DNA from: an uncultured virus (IMG/VR IMGVR_UViG_3300011883_000001)
Taxonomy: Duplodnaviria; Heunggongvirae; Uroviricota; Caudoviricetes; Schitoviridae
Reading direction: 5' to 3' (one strand)
DNA: 64,000 nt
IMG/VR virus record: IMGVR_UViG_3300011883_000001
Part shown: positions 28,801-37,591 of the stretch, piece after piece
Layout: every line of letters starts with the position of its first letter
Numbering within the stretch: position 1 is the stretch's first letter
Notes under the pieces: model-generated
Told to the model about the DNA's origin: nothing
Databases searched by the model: none
What the model saw: the letters and a program-made list of their open reading frames with translations, nothing else
Made by a program: the position numbers and the translations under genes

Positions 28801-31800
28801 ACCCTCATGGAATGCTTGAGGTTTAATCTGACTTCGTGCTTGTGTGAATGTCTTGTTTAACTCTGCATAGCTTAGAGATAAGTTACGATCATCATTAGCT
28901 CCTTGAGTAGCTGCATACAATAACTCAGTCACATAACGCTCACGCTCAGAGAAACTGAAACCATGAAGTACAGCTTCATCTGTGGTTGTGGTTTGATTAT
29001 GTGCAATAGCATCTGCCCATACAGATTCAGGATCTGAACTTAAACCAATAGAACTAAGTAAAGCATTATCCATACGATCTAAGATAGGTAGTGCAAACGA
29101 GTTCAAAACAGACTGTAAGTTAGAGTCAAAGTTAGTACCTGTACCATTGAGGTTCTGAAGAATCTCATTGGCATTCATACGTTTTACTTTGTCTGTAGCA
29201 TGTTTACGTGGAGCACCTAGTTCAGTACTAGCAGGTTGAATTAAACCAGCATAATCAGCAGTACTGTCATAGTTCTTAGTTAAAGCAACAGTATGAATCA
29301 TCAGAGCTTCTAAACCAGTGACTTCACCTTTAGCTAATTTAGCTGATGGCTTACCAAAGAAATTATTGAACAGGTTAGCTATGCTTTGCAGGAATGCTCC
29401 TAATCCCCAGGTACGTTTAGCTTTTACATGCATCTGGTTTATCAGACGAGCTACTTCTGGTTCAGAGAACACAGTAGCAATGAACTCATCTAAGCTAGAT
29501 ACAGCATATGCATTATCACCCTCTAACTTACCTTGATTAGATAGGAACTTCTTAAACTGACTACGTAAAGCTTCTAGTTCTTGAACTGCAGCTTTAGACT
29601 TAGGATTCTGTAAAGCAGTATGTGTAGCAGCATGTAGTAATTCATGAAGCACAATAGCAGGATCAAACTTACCATCTTGAGGAAGCAAGTAGATTACTGG
29701 CTTACCATTTTCATTTGTATTGATCCATCCATAACGACCTTTACGGAATTGCTCAATAGCTTTAGGAGAACTTGCATTTGCAATCTTAATTTCAAGTTGA
29801 TCAGGTAAAGCTTTCTTTACCAGGTTAAACATCTGACCTGAAAGTAGAGTACCTAAGTTACCTGAACTACGAGCTTGGTTTGTATCGTAAGCTAACGCAG
29901 AGAATAGAATGTTTTTATTTACTTCACCTTCTACATTGTTCAAGTAGAAATCTGCAGTATGCATATCTACATTAGACTGGATACGTTCCTGTACTTGTTT
30001 CTCAATTGGTTTAGATTCTTCAGCTACTCCTTGAGCTTCTAAACCAAGTACCTTATCTACAAGAGCAGCTTGTCCAAGTAATTCAGAAATCTTCTCTTTG
30101 CGTTGAGTCTCCAGTTGAGCAATACGATCAGTAATCTGTTTGTAATCACCTTCGGTAAACTGATACTCACCACCTTCAATACCATACTGGTTAAGGTACT
30201 TATAATCAGATAGAGAAATAAGTTTATTAATATCACGGTCATAAGCACTATTAAGTAACTTAAGAACCACATCGGAGAATGAAGCATTAACACCTAGTTT
30301 CTCTGCTAAACCATCAAGAGATTTAGTGAGAGTTTCTTTATTAGATTCAGTTAAGTTCTCGTCAATAGCGTAACGTTGAAGAGGCTTTAACGCACCTAAA
30401 GCAAAGTTCACGTTTAAGTCTGTATTAACCAAACTGTCTAGAGTTACTTGGTTTAATGATTTACCTAATTCACGTCCTTGACCCATCTTGGCATTCAATG
30501 CGTCATGGATGTTCATGGTTGCAAACTTACCTAGGTTAGCATGTGCAATATAAGCATCCTGAGAGTGAATAGCCATTGGTGTATTACGTACACCTGGAGC
30601 TTCAATTCCAACAGACTTTGTACCTTGTTCAATATGTGAAGTAGCTGATTCTTTAGGAGCAGCATTATTCACTGTACCATTAGGATTCAGATTACGAGTC
30701 TGTGTCTTACGAGAACCGAAGATATATAAGTCATTCATGTTATGAGGATCTTTATTCAGTCGTTTAAATGACTTGAACATTGGAATAGCAGACTCTTCAG
30801 TATTACTACTCTTAAGACCCATAGCTGTAGGGTAGCTAGGCATAACAGGACGTAACTCAATATGTAGCTGATCTAGCTGTTGTTTACTAATTCCTTCAAC
30901 AGATTTGTCTTCTACATCTTCTAAAGCTACTTGGATAGCATCCTCGTAGATTGGATTAAACAACTCATAACCAAAGTTAGCCAAAGCTGTTTTTTCATCA
31001 CGAGCTTGAACATACTCTGGATAAGCTTGAACAGTGAACTCATCTACAATAGTTTTAAGTGTTGACTGTAGACCAGTTAAAAAAGCTTTCTCCTGTTCGT
31101 AAGTAAATACTAGATCTTTAGGATTTGTCTCTAGACTTACTAGATCACCTTTGAAACCAGAGAGTTTAAGCAGACGGTTTAAGGATTGGATAACTGTCTT
31201 ATGTTCTACAGAGTTTGGTTCTACTTTTTCAAGCAAACCAATTACAGAATCTAAAACATCTCCTGCTACACCTTGAGCTGTAGATCGTCCACCTGCAGCA
31301 AAGTTAATTACTGTGGTTAAAGTCTTAGCACCTTTACGTTCACTAAACTTAGGGTGAAGAATCTTTAATTCAGTAACAACTGCTTTAATTTTCTCAGCAT
31401 CCTTACGTTCAGTATTTTTTGCTACATCAGTGAGAACTCGATCTAGAATCTTGGCATTGTGCTCATACATATCATCAGCCCCAGTATCTTTGTGCTGAGG
31501 AACAGTAGTGATACCGTCTGATTCTTTGTATAAACCACCAGCACCAGCAAGAGCAGGATTCAATGTATTCAACATTACCTGGGTTAAGAATGGACCGTTG
31601 GTTACACCATCAATCTCAATAGAAATATCAGAAGTAAACTTGGTTTCACCTGCTTGAAATGCATCACGGAATCTAGTCATATTTACTAGAGCTTTCAATG
31701 ACATTGCATTCATACCCATCTTGTCTACAGTATCAGCAATACGCTGTACATCCTTCTCTGTGAAGTCCTTACCATTTAGAACCTTAGACATAGAAGCCAA

Positions 31801-34800
31801 TACAGGTACACCATCACCTTTCAACATCCATTCAAGATACTGAGGAGCATAGTTTAAGATCTGTGTTTTATCAGCAGTTGTCTTAACGTTACCTGGCTCT
31901 AGATCCTCACTGTTTAACGCTACAGCTTGAATAAACTCACCTAGCTGAGTTACACCATTCTCGTTGATAAACAAGCTAGTATCACCATTTATAGCTGCTA
32001 CGATGGATGCTTTATCAATAGATACATCAACGATATGTTCTTTCAGGGAAACCATACCACGATGTAGCTTAGAAGCTACTGGGTTAACTGCGTTTACCAT
32101 ACCTGAACGTTGCTGTACCCATACCTCCTGTTGAAGATAGAAGTCACGAGCTAAACCATGTTTAGTAGTATTCAATAGATCTACTGCTTCTTCGTAAGCA
32201 CGGATATCACGATCAATAGCCTGGTTATTAGATTCAATACCTTCACGCTTCATAGCCTGTTTAGCTAAGAGAGCATCTCCAGTAACCTTGCCATACATAC
32301 GACCTAACAGTTCAGGGTAAGCTTGCAAAGCTGTATGTACTGAATGCATTCCAGTACTCACATTCCATTTTAACTGATGAGCATGTTCTAGAGCTTTCAC
32401 CTGAAACTCTGGTACTTGTGTACCTACAGCATCAATCGTTTTTTGAGTAACCAACTCTTTAGGTTTATTAATCTGGATTGGAGTATTCCACTGAGGTAAA
32501 CCAAAGACCTTACTGATTACACTCTTTGATCCACGTACAGCAGATAAAACCTTAGCTGAATTCTTGATAGGTTCAAACTTATTGTTGGTAGGGAGTTTCA
32601 CGAAAGTAAGACGTTTAGGAATCTCACGTGAACCTTCGTAGTCAATCTCAGCTTGTTCATTCGCAGCTACAATTGCCTGTGTGTATGATTCAATTAAGTT
32701 AGTACCTAAGACTACTTCTTGTAGATATTCATCACGAATGAGCATGTGTGTAGCAATATGACCTAGAGCTACAGCCAGTTTCTCTTTACGGGAAGCAGCT
32801 ACATCAGATGCAAACTGATAACCTAGAACTTGTACAGCTTTAGTACCCATAGACTGTGCAGCGTTGTTCTTGTATGTACCTACATCTTTCATACCATTGT
32901 AGACATGGGTAGGAATCTTGAAGGCATCAGTAAAGAACAGTTTCTTAGCTACATCTTCTTTAGAGGATAGCGTTGAACCATTCTCTGTAATCCAAGAGAA
33001 AGCAGATACAGTAATAGCATCCATCACATGAGGATCTAAGTAACCTACTTCATGCTTACCTTGTGTCTTGGTTTCAGTTACCAAGTATTTAGCAAAGTTC
33101 TTAAAGTCAGGAACAGATTCAGCATATCCATTCAATAGAACACCTGTATTCTGTTTACCAAATAAGAAGAACATTCGTGCTAATTCTTTAACTGCTTCAA
33201 CTTGTTGAGGTTCTAGTTCAGTACCTAACTTGTCAGCTGCTTCTTTAAGAAGTACTGCTTCAATCTCAGGAAGCTTCTTACCAGCAAACTCAGTGGTATA
33301 AGCGATACGGCGTGTACCTACAATAGTAGGTTTCACAGTAACAGCATCTTTAACCAAATTACGTTCAGCTAATGGCTTCTCACGTTCAATCTTACGCTGT
33401 GCTTCAAGCTCAGCATTAATTTCACTAATCTCACCAAAGGTAGAATCATATTCTTTGGTTGTATCCATATCACTGAATAGATCACTCAGTTCCTGATCTG
33501 TAATCTCTAAATCAGATGTTGAATATTCAAGATCATTTACAACCTCTTCTACTTTAGGTTCCGGAGAAGCTTCAATAACTTCTGTCTTGGTTTGCTGTGT
33601 ACGAGGTTGTTGCAGCTCAGCTACGGTATCTGAGATTTCAAGGATACGATCAAACATAGTTTGAGCTTCACCCGTTAAACCAAAGAACTTAGAGAACAAT
33701 CCTTTTAGTTTGTCATAGACAGTCGTATTACCTATAGAGATTTGCTTGAGCTGTTTGATTACTGGTTTCTCAGTTAAACCAACAGTGAAGATCTCAGCTG
33801 CGTTATCAACCATGTAGCTTAGACGTTCACGTACATGAGGATCTATATCAGCATTTGCAAGAAGGAAGTTCTTAATATCTTCTTGGATAGCTAAGATCTC
33901 TGCCTTGATTGGTACATATTTATCTTCTGGTTCATCTACCATTACTTTAGTACTGATAACGTGTCCTGAAGCCATATGACCAATTTCATGCAGCAAGATA
34001 TCTTCTGCAGTAACACCAGGATATTGTTCAACTAGTTTTTCTAAGTTGGAAACTACAATTGTATTCTTACCATAGAATGCACGTGCATCTACTGAAGCTA
34101 CATTTTTAGCTAGGTCTTTATCCTTTAACTTAGATGCATCATTGGTAAAAATGATCTTAGTACTTGGATTATATTCCAAGAAAATCTCAGCAAGTTTTTT
34201 ATAGCCTTGGGATGGAGCATTACTAAATAACTTATCTAAAACAGCTTTAGCTGTATAAACGGTTTCTGGTTTGAATCCATAGATAGAATCAGACTGTTGG
34301 GATTCTTTATTCCAAATACCATTACCATTATTTTCAACATAACCTTTACTTGTAAGATATGTAGCTACTTCACGTTCACCAATATTAAAAGTACGATTAC
34401 GATCAGATACCTTATCAGTAATTAAAGTTGCACCTGCAGAAATAGCTTTATCAATTTCAGCGAAGTCAGGTTTAACACGTCCAGCACGATTACCATTTAC
34501 ACTGATAAATACAACATCATCTTTTGAATAATCACCTGTATTAGCTTTACTTCTAAAGTCTTTAGCATACTGTTCTGTAGATGATCCTTTAGATCCTTTA
34601 CCAATAAACTTAGTAGCTTTATCTGCTTTAATTTGATCTTTAGCTAAGTAAGCTGATTTACCAGAAAGAATTATTTTTGTTTCTTCTTTCTTGTGTTGTG
34701 ATGGTTGATTTCCTGATTTAGCTTCCACGTTGGTACTTGAGTCTTTGGTAGATTTAGACTGAGTAGTTTTAGCTGCAGGCTTGGAAACAGTTTGAACAGT

Positions 34801-37509
34801 AGTTTTTGAATCATCTAGACCTTCCCATATATTTTCATCTGGATTAACTGGAGTATTCTTTGGAGTTTGTTTAGCTTTGCTTTGAACTTGTTGACGTTGC
34901 TGAGTCTGACCTTGCTCTGCTTGTTCTTGAGCAGTCTTCAGATCATTCTGAGGATTCAAGGAATCCATGGCTTGTTGCATACGATCAGCTGTAGGTTGGA
35001 TATCAGCACGATCTGTCTGAGCTAGAATGGTATCTACAGTAGCTTTTACTTTAGCAATCAGTTTAGCTTCCTGTTGGATAGCAGCTACAATATTAGTAGA
35101 GTCATTCTTCTGACCTGGAGCATAAGTAACATCTAAAGCAGCATTCTTGGTTTTAGCTTTACCTGTTAATGGTTCACCTTCATTGATTACCCACTTACCT
35201 TGCTCATTACGAATAACCTGTACAGTACCTCCAATAGATGTAGCCATCTCATAAGCTTGCTGTACTGCTTCAGCTTTTAAACCATGTGAATTGGCAAAGC
35301 GTGTAATGCCACGTAGAGCTAAACGTTGAGCATTAGTATCACCACGGACTACTGCATCACCAGCATCGTCTATATAGCTCATAACAGCTTTAGATTGGGC
35401 AGAACCATCAAGGATATCTTTAGATACCTTATCAATGGTTTGACTTAAATCATATTCCTGACGAGCTTCTGTGAGCGCACGAAGTACTTCTTTATCAGCA
35501 GATGAATAAGTAGTTGCGTTAGCTGCAGCTGTAAGTTCTTCAGTAGAGAATGTAGAAGGAGCAGATAAGATAGTAGAAGGGATAGCTGTAGGATTAACAT
35601 CAGAGGTATCTTTTAATACCTTGGATTTAGCCAGAGCATCTTTAGCAGCATTAAGATGTTTGTCATCATCTTCATACTTCTTACGAATAGCTGCTTCATC
35701 CATACTAGACATTAGTTGATCACGTGCAGTATAGACAGCATTCAGACGATCCAGTTCTACTTGATTTTCCTGGATAGCAGCTTGATCTCCTGCTTGGGTT
35801 GCAGCAGCTAATTCAGATTCAACCTGGGCTTTGTATTCATCATACTCAGTCTGATTGTCTAGAAGATCTACAACAAGCTCCATGGTTTCTTGAGAAGCAG
35901 AAAGCTTATCAACCATCTCTTGATAATTTACTTTGATCTCTTCGATCTTCGCTTGTGCTTGTTCAGGTTCTTTAATCTCTTCTACAGCTTTAGCAGCTTC
36001 CTGTGTCATACGTACAGTAGCAGCTTCAGCATTGAACTTAGGAGATTCAGGATTAGCTAATTCCTGTGTAGAAGTATTCTTGTCTAATTCTGGATTAGTC
36101 TTGATTGCTTCTTCAGTAGCTTTAGAAATAGCTTTAGCTTTAGCTTGTAAACCAGTACCTACAACTGCTTGACCTACTGCAGCTGGACCACCTAATGCAC
36201 CACCAATAGCGGCACCCATTACAGCAGCTTCACCCATACCTTGAGCATCAAGTGTAGGATCTAAGCTACCCCATTTAGATTCAATCTGTTGTTGGATTGC
36301 TTCTGTACCACCTTCAACTGCAGCTATTCCTGCAAGTCTAGAGAATGCCATACGTGCAGCAGATTTCTCTGCAGCTGTACCAACCTTGCTTGCTAAGCCA
36401 AGTGACTTACCTACACCTGCTCCTTTGATAGCTCCTTTAGCTACTACAGCTTCTGCATAGTTAGCAGCTGTGTATGCAGCAGTCATTCCTAGGATTCCTA
36501 GAGACTCTCCAGCAGTAGGTGTTCGTAATTCACGATCAGTAAATTGATCATGAGATTGGTTTTGAATACGTGCAGCATCAATAGCCAATGCAGGAGCAAT
36601 AGTATATGGATTGATATATGGAGCCATTGCAGCTGTTTCTTCAATCAGATAAGCAGGATTAGCTGCTAAACCTTTAGCCGTATCTTTAGCTGAATTCAAG
36701 AATGCTTTACCTTGGTTCTTAGCCCAAGTTAAATAATCACCTTGATCATAGGCATCCTGAGCATCACGTACTAACTTTTGGTTTTCTTTATCTGAAGTAC
36801 CATTCCAAGCTTTGTGACCTTGGTAAGCTTTCTCTGCAGAATGATCATACCAGTTACGTGCATTGAGATAACCAGCCTCTCCTTTCTGACGATTACCTGC
36901 CAGATATTCACCAAATCCTGCTACATGATCAGACCAGTTAAGACGTTGCTTTGCATATGTCTCTGAACCATCTTCATTGTAGAGAAGTTTATATTCATCT
37001 TGGCTTAGCTGATTGTCTTGTAAACGTTTACCTAAGAATGTCATACGCTCTTGCACATCACGCATATCCAGGTATTTACCTGAGTTCAGTGCAGCTTGAG
37101 GATTAGTACGTAATTGGTCTAGCTCTTGTTGATATTCAGCATTTCTCTTTTGATCTTGTAATTTAATGAATGCAGTTTGTGCAGCATCATCTACACCTTG
37201 ACGGTTAAGTGCAGCAACACCAGCTACAGTAGAACCTACAGCTTGTTCAGCTAATTCACCAAACGCTCCTGCAATTCTACGAGGTACGTTAACAGCTGCT
37301 TCAGTAAAACCATTCTCATTGAATTGAGCTGAGTAACGGTTATGTAAGTCAGTAGCTCCACTGTAATCATTTTGATATTGGTAGTTAGGTTGTCCTGTAG
37401 CTTTGGTGTAGTTGGATTGACCGTATGGAGTTACCGTTGTCTTTTGCTGTAGATTATTAGCAATCCGAGCAAAGGCATTAGCAACTTCATTATCTTTGTA
37501 TCCTGCCAT
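25819..37509 (-). CDS. Virion-encapsidated RNA polymerase (N4 gp50-like), 3896 aa
   Basis: Size; no Cys seen on reading; motif A EIDGVTNG, motif B RKGAK, motif C NIHDA; C-terminal DFTAKY..FINYD. Confidence 0.96.
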   Translation of the reverse strand: MAGYKDNEVANAFARIANNLQQKTTVTPYGQSNYTKATGQPNYQYQNDYSGATDLHNRYSAQFNENGFTEAAVNVPRRIAGAFGELAEQAVGSTVAGVAALNRQGVDDAAQTAFIKLQDQKRNAEYQQELDQLRTNPQAALNSGKYLDMRDVQERMTFLGKRLQDNQLSQDEYKLLYNEDGSETYAKQRLNWSDHVAGFGEYLAGNRQKGEAGYLNARNWYDHSAEKAYQGHKAWNGTSDKENQKLVRDAQDAYDQGDYLTWAKNQGKAFLNSAKDTAKGLAANPAYLIEETAAMAPYINPYTIAPALAIDAARIQNQSHDQFTDRELRTPTAGESLGILGMTAAYTAANYAEAVVAKGAIKGAGVGKSLGLASKVGTAAEKSAARMAFSRLAGIAAVEGGTEAIQQQIESKWGSLDPTLDAQGMGEAAVMGAAIGGALGGPAAVGQAVVGTGLQAKAKAISKATEEAIKTNPELDKNTSTQELANPESPKFNAEAATVRMTQEAAKAVEEIKEPEQAQAKIEEIKVNYQEMVDKLSASQETMELVVDLLDNQTEYDEYKAQVESELAAATQAGDQAAIQENQVELDRLNAVYTARDQLMSSMDEAAIRKKYEDDDKHLNAAKDALAKSKVLKDTSDVNPTAIPSTILSAPSTFSTEELTAAANATTYSSADKEVLRALTEARQEYDLSQTIDKVSKDILDGSAQSKAVMSYIDDAGDAVVRGDTNAQRLALRGITRFANSHGLKAEAVQQAYEMATSIGGTVQVIRNEQGKWVINEGEPLTGKAKTKNAALDVTYAPGQKNDSTNIVAAIQQEAKLIAKVKATVDTILAQTDRADIQPTADRMQQAMDSLNPQNDLKTAQEQAEQGQTQQRQQVQSKAKQTPKNTPVNPDENIWEGLDDSKTTVQTVSKPAAKTTQSKSTKDSSTNVEAKSGNQPSQHKKEETKIILSGKSAYLAKDQIKADKATKFIGKGSKGSSTEQYAKDFRSKANTGDYSKDDVVFISVNGNRAGRVKPDFAEIDKAISAGATLITDKVSDRNRTFNIGEREVATYLTSKGYVENNGNGIWNKESQQSDSIYGFKPETVYTAKAVLDKLFSNAPSQGYKKLAEIFLEYNPSTKIIFTNDASKLKDKDLAKNVASVDARAFYGKNTIVVSNLEKLVEQYPGVTAEDILLHEIGHMASGHVISTKVMVDEPEDKYVPIKAEILAIQEDIKNFLLANADIDPHVRERLSYMVDNAAEIFTVGLTEKPVIKQLKQISIGNTTVYDKLKGLFSKFFGLTGEAQTMFDRILEISDTVAELQQPRTQQTKTEVIEASPEPKVEEVVNDLEYSTSDLEITDQELSDLFSDMDTTKEYDSTFGEISEINAELEAQRKIEREKPLAERNLVKDAVTVKPTIVGTRRIAYTTEFAGKKLPEIEAVLLKEAADKLGTELEPQQVEAVKELARMFFLFGKQNTGVLLNGYAESVPDFKNFAKYLVTETKTQGKHEVGYLDPHVMDAITVSAFSWITENGSTLSSKEDVAKKLFFTDAFKIPTHVYNGMKDVGTYKNNAAQSMGTKAVQVLGYQFASDVAASRKEKLAVALGHIATHMLIRDEYLQEVVLGTNLIESYTQAIVAANEQAEIDYEGSREIPKRLTFVKLPTNNKFEPIKNSAKVLSAVRGSKSVISKVFGLPQWNTPIQINKPKELVTQKTIDAVGTQVPEFQVKALEHAHQLKWNVSTGMHSVHTALQAYPELLGRMYGKVTGDALLAKQAMKREGIESNNQAIDRDIRAYEEAVDLLNTTKHGLARDFYLQQEVWVQQRSGMVNAVNPVASKLHRGMVSLKEHIVDVSIDKASIVAAINGDTSLFINENGVTQLGEFIQAVALNSEDLEPGNVKTTADKTQILNYAPQYLEWMLKGDGVPVLASMSKVLNGKDFTEKDVQRIADTVDKMGMNAMSLKALVNMTRFRDAFQAGETKFTSDISIEIDGVTNGPFLTQVMLNTLNPALAGAGGLYKESDGITTVPQHKDTGADDMYEHNAKILDRVLTDVAKNTERKDAEKIKAVVTELKILHPKFSERKGAKTLTTVINFAAGGRSTAQGVAGDVLDSVIGLLEKVEPNSVEHKTVIQSLNRLLKLSGFKGDLVSLETNPKDLVFTYEQEKAFLTGLQSTLKTIVDEFTVQAYPEYVQARDEKTALANFGYELFNPIYEDAIQVALEDVEDKSVEGISKQQLDQLHIELRPVMPSYPTAMGLKSSNTEESAIPMFKSFKRLNKDPHNMNDLYIFGSRKTQTRNLNPNGTVNNAAPKESATSHIEQGTKSVGIEAPGVRNTPMAIHSQDAYIAHANLGKFATMNIHDALNAKMGQGRELGKSLNQVTLDSLVNTDLNVNFALGALKPLQRYAIDENLTESNKETLTKSLDGLAEKLGVNASFSDVVLKLLNSAYDRDINKLISLSDYKYLNQYGIEGGEYQFTEGDYKQITDRIAQLETQRKEKISELLGQAALVDKVLGLEAQGVAEESKPIEKQVQERIQSNVDMHTADFYLNNVEGEVNKNILFSALAYDTNQARSSGNLGTLLSGQMFNLVKKALPDQLEIKIANASSPKAIEQFRKGRYGWINTNENGKPVIYLLPQDGKFDPAIVLHELLHAATHTALQNPKSKAAVQELEALRSQFKKFLSNQGKLEGDNAYAVSSLDEFIATVFSEPEVARLINQMHVKAKRTWGLGAFLQSIANLFNNFFGKPSAKLAKGEVTGLEALMIHTVALTKNYDSTADYAGLIQPASTELGAPRKHATDKVKRMNANEILQNLNGTGTNFDSNLQSVLNSFALPILDRMDNALLSSIGLSSDPESVWADAIAHNQTTTTDEAVLHGFSFSERERYVTELLYAATQGANDDRNLSLSYAELNKTFTQARSQIKPQAFHEGDWSTATPQEQQAAQAKWNYLFKITANGDHLARFTSMVLGNESVFNTVNVRPEKDQSKPNNMYEQLVQFINQALENIGLMFVGAKANQKLGERTQSVVKNLAKVDLKHRNFITNKIEEQLAKADNYVDEKIKAGRNKLAEKIDDSKLSDSKNAYVGLAADITAEAARGNLMNRLDNGKELFMSRTGKLGFWGELVNEIAENSPFKDVIEKLMRHVKLQSQTKEQLKEQTIKNILSTFKNGGKDLTRPQKEALSYVMKADVQSLLGFMSVQEIQNAYNTPTFLRAKIKTIETQLKGLDVNAHVLIGRSEDLARYMITGLGAKNNDLAKNATLIAMHAGTKHKIPQDKVNTQVVELVDQLVSLYAIQYTPAKEKELIKEVMAEEVSGDINGIDTLLKFHAGLASEARDELFKENPLSVTKGFVPEITNPHHEIKFATTEEEALKLKNQYFREVKSLEPNTLVQGQTVRMFLSEDAGQTRLVSGALELVSKNPKGTPVKVAVQQILPSIQTKQSAYKDTAYDPFKDAEASALIPQYDLEGNISGFSYEMSGASRDVLLQRNNDFSELIGLYSATNFNKMTVPETNKLVVDALVQEYNTNHDKNPRKYLEVSHKSSDPELRKMWDLLPKETRDYIQSQMGERKLYVPKDVLLPVFGFQKYSVMQGFDKERSDQNLYEKLYTTVFKILFQSNARTYGSRFERGMQEAVAVSKNIIVIRNVRTLVMNILSNTFLLQAHGASLTDIMKDSIVAVRAGLQHRKDSALLTAKRQMLYTGVGNKAELEQEVLRLEQSIARNPLSEFINEGMLPSIVDDVAMNADDDYGFKSALERKFEKQLNKIPKPLRRTAEYMMVSPNTPLYEFLNNTTQLSDFTAKYVMYKYYTNTAKDKLSHDKAIKMASDNFINYDMPTSKGMQYLNDMGIVMFTKYNLRIQKALFRLLERKPARALLQALVMHHGTDIPFGIDPIVWNQMGFPLRDGALILPDALGEPIPVQLLGSVL

Positions 37510-37526
37510 ATGGTTTACCTTTAAAT

Positions 37527-37552
37527 AAAATAAGCACGTAATATATACGTGC
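37527..37552 (-). terminator. Hairpin/terminator upstream of the vRNAP gene
   Basis: GCACGTA-TATAT-TACGTGC-TTATTTT on the minus strand. Confidence 0.55.
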
Positions 37553-37591
37553 CTATCCTAGCAGAAGTAAACTTACAGCTAAACTAATGGT

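Noticed and set aside
27551..36172. Short + strand ORFs inside the vRNAP gene, and similar shadow ORFs in pol, nrdAB, capsid, portal, terL and fibre
   Set aside because: Antisense or out-of-frame shadows of long conserved genes
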